A stretch of 64,000 nt of DNA from an uncultured Bacteroidales bacterium. Lineage in GTDB: Bacteria; Bacteroidota; Bacteroidia; Bacteroidales; WCHB1-69. Shown piece after piece: positions 27,901 to 35,703 of the stretch. The notes under the pieces were generated by a model. It was not told the origin of the DNA and did not search any database. It saw only the letters and a program-made list of their open reading frames with translations. How positions within the stretch are numbered: the stretch's first letter is position 1; the number at the start of each line of letters is the position of its first letter. A program made the translations under genes and the position numbers. The DNA is taken from positions 64,735 to 128,734 of the forward strand of contig CAMVBK010000001.1 in the NCBI GenBank assembly GCA_947165685.1. The letters are read 5' to 3'.

Positions 27901-28426
27901 GAATGATATTGATTATCAAGAGGTTGTATTAAAAAGTACACCAATAGAACTGCTTTATCTTCAAACGTCGTTGTTGCACAAAATCACCCGGAACAGTTCC
28001 ACCTGCTTTGAGAGTCGCCGGTATGATGTAGAGGCTTATTCTGTGGCGCAGGAGTTCCGCTTTCAATTCCAAAACCGTTACACAGCCTCCTTGAAAGGCC
28101 TTCTTGGACACAAGCGAAATCGTTTTGGAGGCGAGATGCTGACCCATTGCCATGCGGATTTGTCGTTCCTTTATCGTGCGTTGAATCGAGGAACGATTTC
28201 TGTATCAACAGAATATGTGTTCATGAAAGGCGATGTAGGACAAAATTCCACCGTGTCGTATTTTATGTTGGATGGCATGTCTTTGGGCCAGAATTTGTTA
28301 TGGACCGTAACAGGACAGTTTTCCGTGACGCAGTTCCTTCAACTCGCCCTGCAGTATCAAGGGCGTGCCATGCAGGGGCATTCTGTCATTCACACAGGCA
28401 ATGTAACGGTTAGTGCTGTTTTTTAG
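24980..28426 (+). CDS. large predicted outer-membrane beta-barrel protein of unknown function, upstream of the por operon
   Basis: Signal peptide MEKRLLCFLSILLLCAAVRLPAQS, ~1148 aa of beta-rich sequence, C-terminal ...VTVSAVF. No family assigned by eye. Confidence 0.7.
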   Translation: MEKRLLCFLSILLLCAAVRLPAQSTVWRVKHLTADSLSFRIDTFSVVPSSFSIQGVDPVQFRLDPLTATIRLMDSSLLGRRLFFQYEVYPFDLSKPVAHKSPQHIEPRRFEHQMVEYPVPSVSDVLNSSELYTNGSVSRGVSVGNNQDLVLNSSLNLQLSGKLSDDVEVMASVTDRNIPVLPEGNTQYLQDISSIFITLKIKQMAVVNAGDVIWRADSGNFLRVSRNMLGLNALVRSEPSAKLRMFNQAGGGIAKGKFARQALAVQTGVQGPYKLYGSDGEISILMVAGSERVYLDGQLLVRGAENDYTIDYNTAEITFTPKRLVSAEQRYLVEFEYSNRHYSRYNLFTHNELEIKGKAPLKLYLDVFHEQDMKNRSIQPELSVDQIRFLSSLGDAGGNALFPYFDSVAFSPDRVLYEKVDTLYNNNIYTIFIFSLNRDSVLYSPDFTYMGPGKGNYRLVSSTANGRVFAWVAPEDGVMQGDYEPVVQLTAPVSQQMVTFGLDFQARKNTRVQTEVALSHFDKNTFSKKDRSDDVGFAYLLNISDVERFASKSDSLPWLLESWARMQFLHKNFAPFESFREVEFARQFNLSSDYAAGRSEWMASAGVSLKKTQRHDLRFGLDFFNRTGENRALRNELLTDNRWNGWRLQSKNSYLFAHDSVQKSRYAVSRVQVAKPMKHLSFSLDNLLEYNVFRDALTDSLRLNSFAFNEVNFAMKSAEKAFHQFMLGYKNRVEFTPDSMRLRHHLTIHEVKAQYRFAQIQNQSFSLNATYRNQSLADSVGEGTPEHYFVGNVQYTGRFFRNALVINTYYETGSGMELRKTFTFIKVAKGQGTHVWNDYNGNGIEELDEFEVSPFPDQAEYVKVWIAGTDYVNAWLSQWTQSVQLRPAAVWGNKTGFRKFLSRFTNILTINASVKHKTRMFVPFASSREDTNLVANRLNIANTFSFNNGNSPFAFDLLVQKNANTQFLYYGLETNDIDYQEVVLKSTPIELLYLQTSLLHKITRNSSTCFESRRYDVEAYSVAQEFRFQFQNRYTASLKGLLGHKRNRFGGEMLTHCHADLSFLYRALNRGTISVSTEYVFMKGDVGQNSTVSYFMLDGMSLGQNLLWTVTGQFSVTQFLQLALQYQGRAMQGHSVIHTGNVTVSAVF

Positions 28427-28558
28427 CCAAACGACTGAAAACAAGTGAGATATAACGAAATATCTCTGTAAATAATTGAAATACAGATTATTGTTTATAT
28501 GTTCAGTATTATTTTTAGAAAATTGTTTTTTCAAGTGGAAAGGTTTAAAAAAATATGC

Positions 28559-28566
28559 TATTTTTG
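28559..28566 (+). promoter_or_regulatory. -7 promoter box (TATTTTTG), candidate por operon promoter
   Basis: Lies in the AT-rich ~290-bp spacer, about 150 nt upstream of the porP ATG. Confidence 0.35.
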
Positions 28567-28717
28567 GCACTTCAAATTTTTTGAAGGAAAATGTGTTGTG
28601 TAACTTTTTGATTCGAGGGGTCGTATATATACTGAAAAACTAAGAATCGGATGTCAAAAAGATTGCGTAATACATTGATTGATAATTGATTAGTGTATAA
28701 AACAATTCATAGAGAAT

Positions 28718-29758
28718 ATGAGGAAACATATACAAAAAGTTGGTCTGTTGGTGCTTGTGGCAATGTCTGCGATGATGGCAGGTTTTGCCCAGGATGACGC
28801 ACAATTTACCTTTTTCCCTTGGGTGACATCCTATTATAACGCAGGCGGTATCGGAGAGCAGAATAACACTCTCTGTTTCACAGCGGATTATAATAACAAG
28901 TATTTGGGTTGGGGTGATGTGAAAGCCATTAATAACGACTCGGTCAACCGCACGGCACCACAAGATTTCCTTTTCAGCATCGAATCTTACCTGAAGAAGC
29001 TGCATGGCTCCATCGGTGTCACGTTGGTGCATGACCGCCTCGGTTTTTACAAAAACACGGGTGTCAAGCTCGGTTATGCGTACAAGATGCGTGTTGGCGG
29101 CGGTCATTTGGGTATCGGTGCCCAAGTTTCCTTGTTTAACCAGACTATCGATGCGGGAGGCTTTACCCCTATTCAGCAGGGCGACCCTATCTTGGAGGAA
29201 CTCTCTGAATCCACGTTGGACCTCGACTTCAACTTCGGTGTTCTCTATAAGACAGATCAATGGTATGTCGGTTTGGGTTGGACGCAGATGGCGGCCTTGT
29301 TTGACAAGGATCAGAAGTTGCGCGTCTCAGGTCTGAACGGTGCGAGACGTTCCTCCCAGTTCTATGTGCACGGCGGTTACACTTGGGTGATTCCGGCCAA
29401 CCCGAATTGGGAACTGATACCGCAGGCACTTGTCAAAACGGACCTGAAGACTTATCAATGGGAGATCCTCGCCTTGGCTCGTTACAACGGAGTCTATTGG
29501 GGCGGCCTCGGATATCGTTTCCAGGATGCCGTCTCGCTGGCTTTCGGTGCCCGCCCATTCTACAACTCCTCGAACATCTATCTGAAAGGACTTGACCTCG
29601 GTGTCTCTTACAGCTTCACGACCAATTCCTTAGGCTACAAGAAACACCGCAGCTTCGGTGATGTGGAAGTCGTGGTGCGCTACTGCTTCGATGTCTATAA
29701 ACCTGAAGTCTTCTCTGGCTACGGCAACTCGAGATATATTTACAAGAACAGATACTAA
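28718..29758 (+). CDS. porP: T9SS membrane protein PorP/SprF family
   Basis: N-terminal AQDDAQFTFFPWVTSYYNAGGIG matches the PorP/SprF QDPQFSQY...NPAYAG pattern. Position is immediately upstream of porK. Confidence 0.88.
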   Translation: MRKHIQKVGLLVLVAMSAMMAGFAQDDAQFTFFPWVTSYYNAGGIGEQNNTLCFTADYNNKYLGWGDVKAINNDSVNRTAPQDFLFSIESYLKKLHGSIGVTLVHDRLGFYKNTGVKLGYAYKMRVGGGHLGIGAQVSLFNQTIDAGGFTPIQQGDPILEELSESTLDLDFNFGVLYKTDQWYVGLGWTQMAALFDKDQKLRVSGLNGARRSSQFYVHGGYTWVIPANPNWELIPQALVKTDLKTYQWEILALARYNGVYWGGLGYRFQDAVSLAFGARPFYNSSNIYLKGLDLGVSYSFTTNSLGYKKHRSFGDVEVVVRYCFDVYKPEVFSGYGNSRYIYKNRY

Positions 29759-29810
29759 AATTAACATTGTTGCGTTAATAACCATATTTGAAATTATAAA
29801 ATTGAACGAT

Positions 29811-31241
29811 ATGAAACGGGTAATCATTTCTCTTGCAGCGGCATTCGTGTTACTGGTGTCCTGCCAAAACGGCGGCGACGGCCAGCTCGTCGGCGTGAAG
29901 GATCGTCCGGAATTCTCCGAACTGGAGCCCTACGGCATGGTCTATGTTCCCACCGGCCATTATTTGATGGGCGGCGGCGACCAGGATGTCCCCTTCGCTC
30001 TCACTCAGCAGTCGAAGAATGTGACGGTGGCGGCCTTTTGGATGGACGAGACGGAAATCACCAATAACGAGTACCGCCAGTTCGTCTATTGGGTTCGCGA
30101 CTCCATCGCCCATACGCTCCTCGGCGACGCTGAAATCACCGATGCCGAGAAATATGGCCATTATAAGAAATACGATAAAGGCGAGAATGAAGGCGAAGTC
30201 ATTGAGCCCAAGGTGATTAACTGGAAGGAGAAAATCCCGTGGGATTCTGACAACGAGGAGGTCCAGTCCGCCCTTTCCCCGATGTTCAGCAAACTCAACA
30301 CCCGCTTCTATCACTATAGCCAAAACCGCATGAATATCTCCATGTTGAATTATGAGTACTGGTGGCTTGATTACCGCAACTACAGGAACCCGAAAAATCC
30401 TGACGAGTTCGGTGCCGCAACCAAGGAGTTCGACAAGGAAGGCAACGATTTCGGCGGTATCTATGCGAACCGTCCCAGCAGCATGGGCAACGGTTGGCAG
30501 CGCTTCATCAAGCACGAGGTGGTCAACATCTATCCCGACACCCTCTGCTGGGCGCACGATTTTGTCTATTCCTACAATGAGCCGATGATTTTGAACTACT
30601 TCAATAATCCGCAATACGACAATTACCCGGTCGTGGGCGTCAGCTGGCGTCAAGCCAAGGCTTTCTCCAGTTGGAGAACCCAATTGCGCATGTCCTGGTT
30701 GGCCGGCAAGGAATATGCGAACGAGCAGGAGTTCCGTCTGCCTCTTGAGGCTGAATGGGAATGGGGTGCCCGCGGCGGTAAGGAACTCGTCCCCTATCCG
30801 TGGGGCGGTCCGTACACGACCAACCGCAACGGCTGCTTCTTGAGCAACTTCAAACCGCAGCGCGGTAACTATATCGCCGATGACAATCTCTATCCCGGCA
30901 TCGTGGCACACTATCATCCCAACGACTGGGGACTCTTTGACATGAGCGGCAATGTCGCCGAATGGTGCGAGGACGCTTTCGACGAGTCCGCCACCAACTT
31001 CACCCACGACATGAACCCGGCCTATGTCTATTATGCTACCAAGGATGACTCTCCTGTCAAGAAGAGAAAGGTAATCCGCGGCGGTTCTTGGAAGGATGTC
31101 AGCTACTATACCACAGTCTATGCGAGAACCTACGAATATCAGGATACCTGTAAGTCTTACGTCGGATTCCGCAACGTCCAGTCTTACATGGGCCGCCAGA
31201 GAGGCGACAATAACAGCAAGAGCGCCTCACATGTTTATTAA
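29811..31241 (+). CDS. porK: T9SS ring lipoprotein PorK/GldK (FGE-sulfatase fold)
   Basis: Lipobox LLVSC. SUMF1-like motifs (YPVVGVSW, RLPLEAEWEWGARGG, IRGGSWKD, VGFRNV). Operon context. Confidence 0.93.
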   Translation: MKRVIISLAAAFVLLVSCQNGGDGQLVGVKDRPEFSELEPYGMVYVPTGHYLMGGGDQDVPFALTQQSKNVTVAAFWMDETEITNNEYRQFVYWVRDSIAHTLLGDAEITDAEKYGHYKKYDKGENEGEVIEPKVINWKEKIPWDSDNEEVQSALSPMFSKLNTRFYHYSQNRMNISMLNYEYWWLDYRNYRNPKNPDEFGAATKEFDKEGNDFGGIYANRPSSMGNGWQRFIKHEVVNIYPDTLCWAHDFVYSYNEPMILNYFNNPQYDNYPVVGVSWRQAKAFSSWRTQLRMSWLAGKEYANEQEFRLPLEAEWEWGARGGKELVPYPWGGPYTTNRNGCFLSNFKPQRGNYIADDNLYPGIVAHYHPNDWGLFDMSGNVAEWCEDAFDESATNFTHDMNPAYVYYATKDDSPVKKRKVIRGGSWKDVSYYTTVYARTYEYQDTCKSYVGFRNVQSYMGRQRGDNNSKSASHVY

Positions 31242-31293
31242 TAGTTGGAAATTTCAATAAAACATAAATCATTAACTTAAAAAAAACAAAAAA

Positions 31294-32040
31294 ATGGGTA
31301 AAATTGATCAAATCGTCAGATCGAAAGCTTACAAAAACAGTATGGCAAAACTGTACGGCTGGGGTGCATCAGTCGTCATCATCGGTGCCTTGTTCAAGAT
31401 TTTGCACTTGCCGGGTGCCGACATCATGCTGATCTTGGGTATGTCCATCGAGGCTATCATCTTCTTCTTCTCCGCCTTCGAGCCGCTGCACGTTGAGTAC
31501 AACTGGGCTCTGGTTTATCCTGAATTGGCCACAGGCACGGACATTGAGATCGAGCAAAGCGAGAAAATGTCTCGCCGCGAGAAAAAGCAACAAGTGAAGA
31601 ACAGCGCACTCTCTACGACCCAAGCATTGGATAAAATGCTGGAGGAAGCTAAGATCGGTCCCGAATTGATGGAAAGCCTCGCTACGGGTATGCGTAATTT
31701 GAGCGACAATGCCCAGAAGCTCGCCGGAGTCTCCGACGCCGTCGTCTCCACCGACAACTACACCAGCAGCTTGCAGAAAGCTTCCGAATCGGTGCGTAAC
31801 CTGACGCTGAAGTATGACAAGGTTGCTTCCAACCTCGATACCGATGGCGGAGCCACCGCAGCCTATATCGAAAGCGTGAAGAGAGCCACCGCCGCTGTCT
31901 CCCAACTGGCCGTCGCTTACGACCAAACGGCTAAGTCCATGGAACAGGCTGGTAGCTTCAAGTCCGAAATGGACAAATTGACCGCCAATATCTCAAAACT
32001 CAGTAATGTTTACGGCAATATGCTTGCCGCAATGAAGTAG
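31294..32040 (+). CDS. porL: T9SS motor protein PorL/GldL
   Basis: KLYGWGASVVIIGALFKILHLPGADIMLILGMSIEAIIFFFSAFEP two-TM signature of GldL. Confidence 0.93.
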   Translation: MGKIDQIVRSKAYKNSMAKLYGWGASVVIIGALFKILHLPGADIMLILGMSIEAIIFFFSAFEPLHVEYNWALVYPELATGTDIEIEQSEKMSRREKKQQVKNSALSTTQALDKMLEEAKIGPELMESLATGMRNLSDNAQKLAGVSDAVVSTDNYTSSLQKASESVRNLTLKYDKVASNLDTDGGATAAYIESVKRATAAVSQLAVAYDQTAKSMEQAGSFKSEMDKLTANISKLSNVYGNMLAAMK

Positions 32041-32085
32041 TATTCACTTAGTTCAAAACCATTCATTAACTAAAGTAACAGAGAT

Positions 32086-33714
32086 ATGGGTGCAACAAAT
32101 TGTCCGGAAACCCCGAGACAGAAAATGATTCAGATGATGTACCTGGTGTACACCGCCATGTTGGCTTTGAACGTTTCTGCGGAAATTTTGAATGCCTTCG
32201 TGGTTGTGGACGAAACCCTGGTGACATCTACCAATATCGCGGCTAACCAGAATGCGAACGATTACCAATGGTTCATTGGTCAGAAAACCATTCTCGGCGC
32301 GAAAGTTGACGAAGCCTACAACAAGGCGCAGATTCTGAAAAAAGAATCCGATGCCATGGTGAAATTCATTGAAAAGATGCGCAATGACCTTATTTTTGAA
32401 GTTGACGGCGACTCCCTCGCAGTGGTTAAGGGCGAAGACGGCAAGGAGGTGAAGCAACTGAAGACGGTTTCCACAATTGTTAAGAAAGATAACTTCGACA
32501 TTCCCACCGACTTCATGATTCGTCAAGGCAATGCCAAGAAACTGAAAGAAGCGGTTAAAAAGTATAAGGCGAATATCCTGAAGTTGGCTAAGAAGGAAGA
32601 CCAGAAGCGTCTGGAAGAAGGTATGGGTCTCAATGTGGATGCCACCTATTGGAAAGACACGCATAAGGAAGATTGGGAGCAACATAACTTTGAGCATATT
32701 ATCACCGCTGCGTCGGTCACTCTTTTGAACAAGATGATTGGCGAAGTGAAAAATGCCGAGTCGATGATGCTTAACTACCTGAAGGCCTCCATCAGCGCCG
32801 ATGACTTCAAGTTCGACCAGGTGAGCGGTCGCTCCATCCCGAAATCCCAGATGGTGTTCTCCGGTGATCCCTACGAAGCTGACATCATTGTGGCTGCGTA
32901 CGACAGCAAATCCACTCCTGAGGTTTGGTACAAAATGGGTGCTGACACGCTGACAGAAGACGGTCTTGGCGGTGCCAACAAAATTGAAGGCGAAAATGGT
33001 CTTGTGAAACTGAAAATCGGTACCAGTGGTACGGGTGAGCAGAAATACGCCGGTTTGATCAAGATTATGGATCCTAACGGACAGCCCAGATACTATGGCT
33101 TCAAGGATAAATACACGGTGCTGGCTCCGTCGGCTACTATCGCGGCTGACAAGATGAACGTGCTTTACGCCGGTATTGCCAACCCGGTGTCCGTCTCCGG
33201 CCCTGTTGCCGCCGACAAGCTGAGCGTTTCGTTCCCTGGCTGTAGCCTCACCTCTCAAGGTGGCGGCAAGTTCAATGTGAGCGTTCCTACCTCTTTGATC
33301 GGCAAGACCGTGCAGGCTTCTGTGGCTGCTAAGGTGGGCGAATCTACCAAAACACTGGGTAACACGACCTTCCGTGTGAAACGTGTTCCGGATCCGCGTG
33401 CCGTGTTGGGTGCCAATATCCGCGGCGGCAAGCGTGCCAAGGCTGAAATCCTGGCCAACCCGATGGTGCGCGCCACCATGGGCGACGACTTTGTCTATGA
33501 CTTGAAATGGTCGGTCAACTCTTTCCGCGTGATTATCGTGAGCAAGGGAATGGAAGAGCCCGCTATCGTTTGTCAAGGCGGTGGACTCAGCGAAAAAGCA
33601 AAGTCTGCCATTCAGAAGGCTTCGGCCAACACGGTTGTCTATTTCAGCGATATCAAGGTCTCCTCTGAGGCTGGTTCGCGTACTTTGGACGAATTCTCCG
33701 TCCGTATCAGATAA
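32086..33714 (+). CDS. porM: T9SS motor/periplasmic shaft protein PorM/GldM
   Basis: N-terminal PRQKMIQMMYLVYTAMLALNVS signature of GldM. ~540 aa. Confidence 0.93.
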   Translation: MGATNCPETPRQKMIQMMYLVYTAMLALNVSAEILNAFVVVDETLVTSTNIAANQNANDYQWFIGQKTILGAKVDEAYNKAQILKKESDAMVKFIEKMRNDLIFEVDGDSLAVVKGEDGKEVKQLKTVSTIVKKDNFDIPTDFMIRQGNAKKLKEAVKKYKANILKLAKKEDQKRLEEGMGLNVDATYWKDTHKEDWEQHNFEHIITAASVTLLNKMIGEVKNAESMMLNYLKASISADDFKFDQVSGRSIPKSQMVFSGDPYEADIIVAAYDSKSTPEVWYKMGADTLTEDGLGGANKIEGENGLVKLKIGTSGTGEQKYAGLIKIMDPNGQPRYYGFKDKYTVLAPSATIAADKMNVLYAGIANPVSVSGPVAADKLSVSFPGCSLTSQGGGKFNVSVPTSLIGKTVQASVAAKVGESTKTLGNTTFRVKRVPDPRAVLGANIRGGKRAKAEILANPMVRATMGDDFVYDLKWSVNSFRVIIVSKGMEEPAIVCQGGGLSEKAKSAIQKASANTVVYFSDIKVSSEAGSRTLDEFSVRIR

Positions 33715-33735
33715 TAACTGAAAAAAAACATAATT

Positions 33736-34671
33736 ATGAAAAAGTTCACAGTATTAGCAATGATGTTCCTCGCTTTCACCTGCGCGTTTGCTCAGGAAGA
33801 TGAAACCGAGGGCAGTACCCTGGAGCAACCTGTTCGCCCGCCGGTGGAAATGCCGTGGGAGCAGGTGAATACGGGAGATTTTACCGAAACGGTAGCTTAT
33901 CCGCCTGTACGCCAGGCTGATGTGATGTACTATTGGACTATTTGGCGCATTATCGATCTGCGCGAGAAAGTCAACCATCCGCTCTATTTCCCTACGGAAG
34001 TGCGCGGCACGTGGCGAAGCCTCGGACAGACGATTTTCGATGCCATCGACATGTCCAATCCGGAACGCACCGAAGGTGTGCTGCCCATCTACTCCGACGA
34101 GATGTGCACACTTCCCTATTCGCGTGACGAACTTCAAAGTCTCATCTCACAAGTGACGACCATTCCCCAAATCAACGAAGATGGTGAGGAAATCGGAACT
34201 CAGGAGTTGATTATTCAATTCGAGCCGAAGGAAATCATCAATTATCGTGTGAAAGAGGTTTGGTATTTCGACAAGCAGTATTCGACTTTTAGAGTACAGA
34301 TTCTGGAGATTGAACCGATCATCGAGTACGAACGTCAAACTGCGAATAATTCGTACTATGATGAAGAACAAGACGAAGAAGATGTGGCCGCCGAAATGAC
34401 GCAAAAACGTTTGGGCTACATTTACTACAATGAACTTCGTCCGTTCTTGGCTCAGCAGGAGGTCTTCAATGTGAAGAACCAAGCCGCTCGTCTCTCTTTC
34501 GACGACCTGATTACCTGGAAGCGCGATTTCTCCAGCTTGATTTACAAGGAGTCGAATGTGTATGATCGTGATATTGCTGATTATATCGCTAATTCCCGCG
34601 ATCAGCGTATCGAGTCGGAGCGTATCACCGACAAGATGAGGGTTTTCGAACACGACCTCTGGGAATTTTAA
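33736..34671 (+). CDS. porN: T9SS ring protein PorN/GldN
   Basis: Signal peptide, WRIIDLREKVNHPLYFP motif typical of GldN. Last gene of the operon. Confidence 0.92.
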   Translation: MKKFTVLAMMFLAFTCAFAQEDETEGSTLEQPVRPPVEMPWEQVNTGDFTETVAYPPVRQADVMYYWTIWRIIDLREKVNHPLYFPTEVRGTWRSLGQTIFDAIDMSNPERTEGVLPIYSDEMCTLPYSRDELQSLISQVTTIPQINEDGEEIGTQELIIQFEPKEIINYRVKEVWYFDKQYSTFRVQILEIEPIIEYERQTANNSYYDEEQDEEDVAAEMTQKRLGYIYYNELRPFLAQQEVFNVKNQAARLSFDDLITWKRDFSSLIYKESNVYDRDIADYIANSRDQRIESERITDKMRVFEHDLWEF

Positions 34672-34703
34672 TTTTCAACGACTTTTTCATAATTTTCAAG
34701 AAA

Positions 34704-34729
34704 ACGGACGATTTTCGTCCGTTTTTTTT
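34704..34729 (+). terminator. rho-independent terminator of the por operon
   Basis: 7-bp stem ACGGACG/CGTCCGT, 5-nt loop, then 8 T. Confidence 0.8.
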
Positions 34730-34736
34730 ATTTTTG
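34729..34736 (+). promoter_or_regulatory. -7 promoter box (TATTTTTG)
   Basis: 14 nt upstream of ATG 34750. Confidence 0.45.
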
Positions 34737-34749
34737 CAAAAAAAGCAAG

Positions 34750-35559
34750 ATGATACTGATTGCAGGAGAATCTGATTTTCTGGTTTCCTCTTTGTCGGGG
34801 AAGTTCGGTGCCATGCATTTGGATCCGGTGGTTGAACTGGGCGATGACAAGTCGCTGATGGATCGGCTCGCATCGAACAAGCCCGATACGGATGCCCTAT
34901 TCTATTTTGCCAAAAGGCAGATGCAAAGTGACGAATCAAGCCAGAATCTTGACTTTCTGCAATCGCTTTGGTCGCTTTCTGCAAAAGAACGGGTGTCTCT
35001 GACGGTTGTTTTCTATAAATACAACCATGATTTCAGTTTTAACACCCTTGCCGGGAAATTCAATGCTTGGTGTGGAAAGCAATTTCGGAAACCGCCCGCA
35101 TATTATATATGTCTTACCGGGGAGGTGTATGGAGCTTCGGAAAATGGTTCCCGTATATGGAAGTACTACAGAGAAATGGTTGAGAAAGCCTCGGTGACCG
35201 TTCGTCGGTATTCGGGTATGGACGGCGTATGCTGGGAACGGGAAACGGATTTTTTGTACGAGAAAGATCTTGTGCGTGTGTTGTATTGGTTGTATGTGCA
35301 CCATCCCGCGAACGGCTGGTATGAGATAGGGTCTGGTTTTCCCCGAACTGACACGGCAGTTGCGAAAGCGATTTTCCGTGCAATCGGGCTTCCCGATGTT
35401 ATCAAGTATGACGATTTTTTGCATGATTCTTCGTCGTATGCTGTGCAAATTGCCGACATAGACCTCTCCAATTTGAGAAGATGTGGCTATAAAAAGCCGT
35501 TCTATTCCCTGGAAAGAGGGGTGAAGACGTGTCTATATAACCATCTCAAGTCTCAATAA
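34750..35559 (+). CDS. degenerate NAD-dependent epimerase (HldD/RfaD-like) homolog
   Basis: The C-terminal YAVQIADIDLSNLRRCGYKKPFYSLERGV resembles the HldD tail as recalled. The N-terminal position of GxxGxxG reads ILIAGESDFLVSSL. Confidence 0.55.
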   Translation: MILIAGESDFLVSSLSGKFGAMHLDPVVELGDDKSLMDRLASNKPDTDALFYFAKRQMQSDESSQNLDFLQSLWSLSAKERVSLTVVFYKYNHDFSFNTLAGKFNAWCGKQFRKPPAYYICLTGEVYGASENGSRIWKYYREMVEKASVTVRRYSGMDGVCWERETDFLYEKDLVRVLYWLYVHHPANGWYEIGSGFPRTDTAVAKAIFRAIGLPDVIKYDDFLHDSSSYAVQIADIDLSNLRRCGYKKPFYSLERGVKTCLYNHLKSQ

Positions 35560-35635
35560 ATCATGGGAATAATGGCTTGTTGAAAAAAAATCTTCCAAGT
35601 TTTTTTTAAAGTGTGTCAGTATTCCAAATATTTTA

Positions 35636-35643
35636 TATCTTTG
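35636..35643 (+). promoter_or_regulatory. -7 promoter box (TATCTTTG)
   Basis: 61 nt upstream of the recQ ATG. Confidence 0.4.
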
Positions 35644-35703
35644 TACTTAATTTTATAGGAGTGTAAAAGCTCGTTTTTTTGTTGAATTTTTATATCTTTC
35701 TGC

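Noticed and set aside
28499-28603. 34-aa plus-strand ORF (MFSIIFRKLFFQVERFKK...) in the AT-rich spacer upstream of porP.
   Set aside because: Short ORFs are expected in AT-rich sequence, and there is no supporting signal.
29811-31241. PorK read as a formylglycine-generating (sulfatase-modifying) enzyme because of its SUMF1-like motifs.
   Set aside because: The lipoprotein signal, the size and the position between porP and porL identify it as the T9SS ring protein PorK/GldK. That protein shares the fold but is not known to act as FGE.
32053-33576. 507-aa ORF antisense to porM. A similar case is 29850-31007, antisense to porK.
   Set aside because: Both are codon-aligned with the sense genes (1 mod 3 and 0 mod 3 respectively). 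The sense genes carry clear GldM and GldK signatures.
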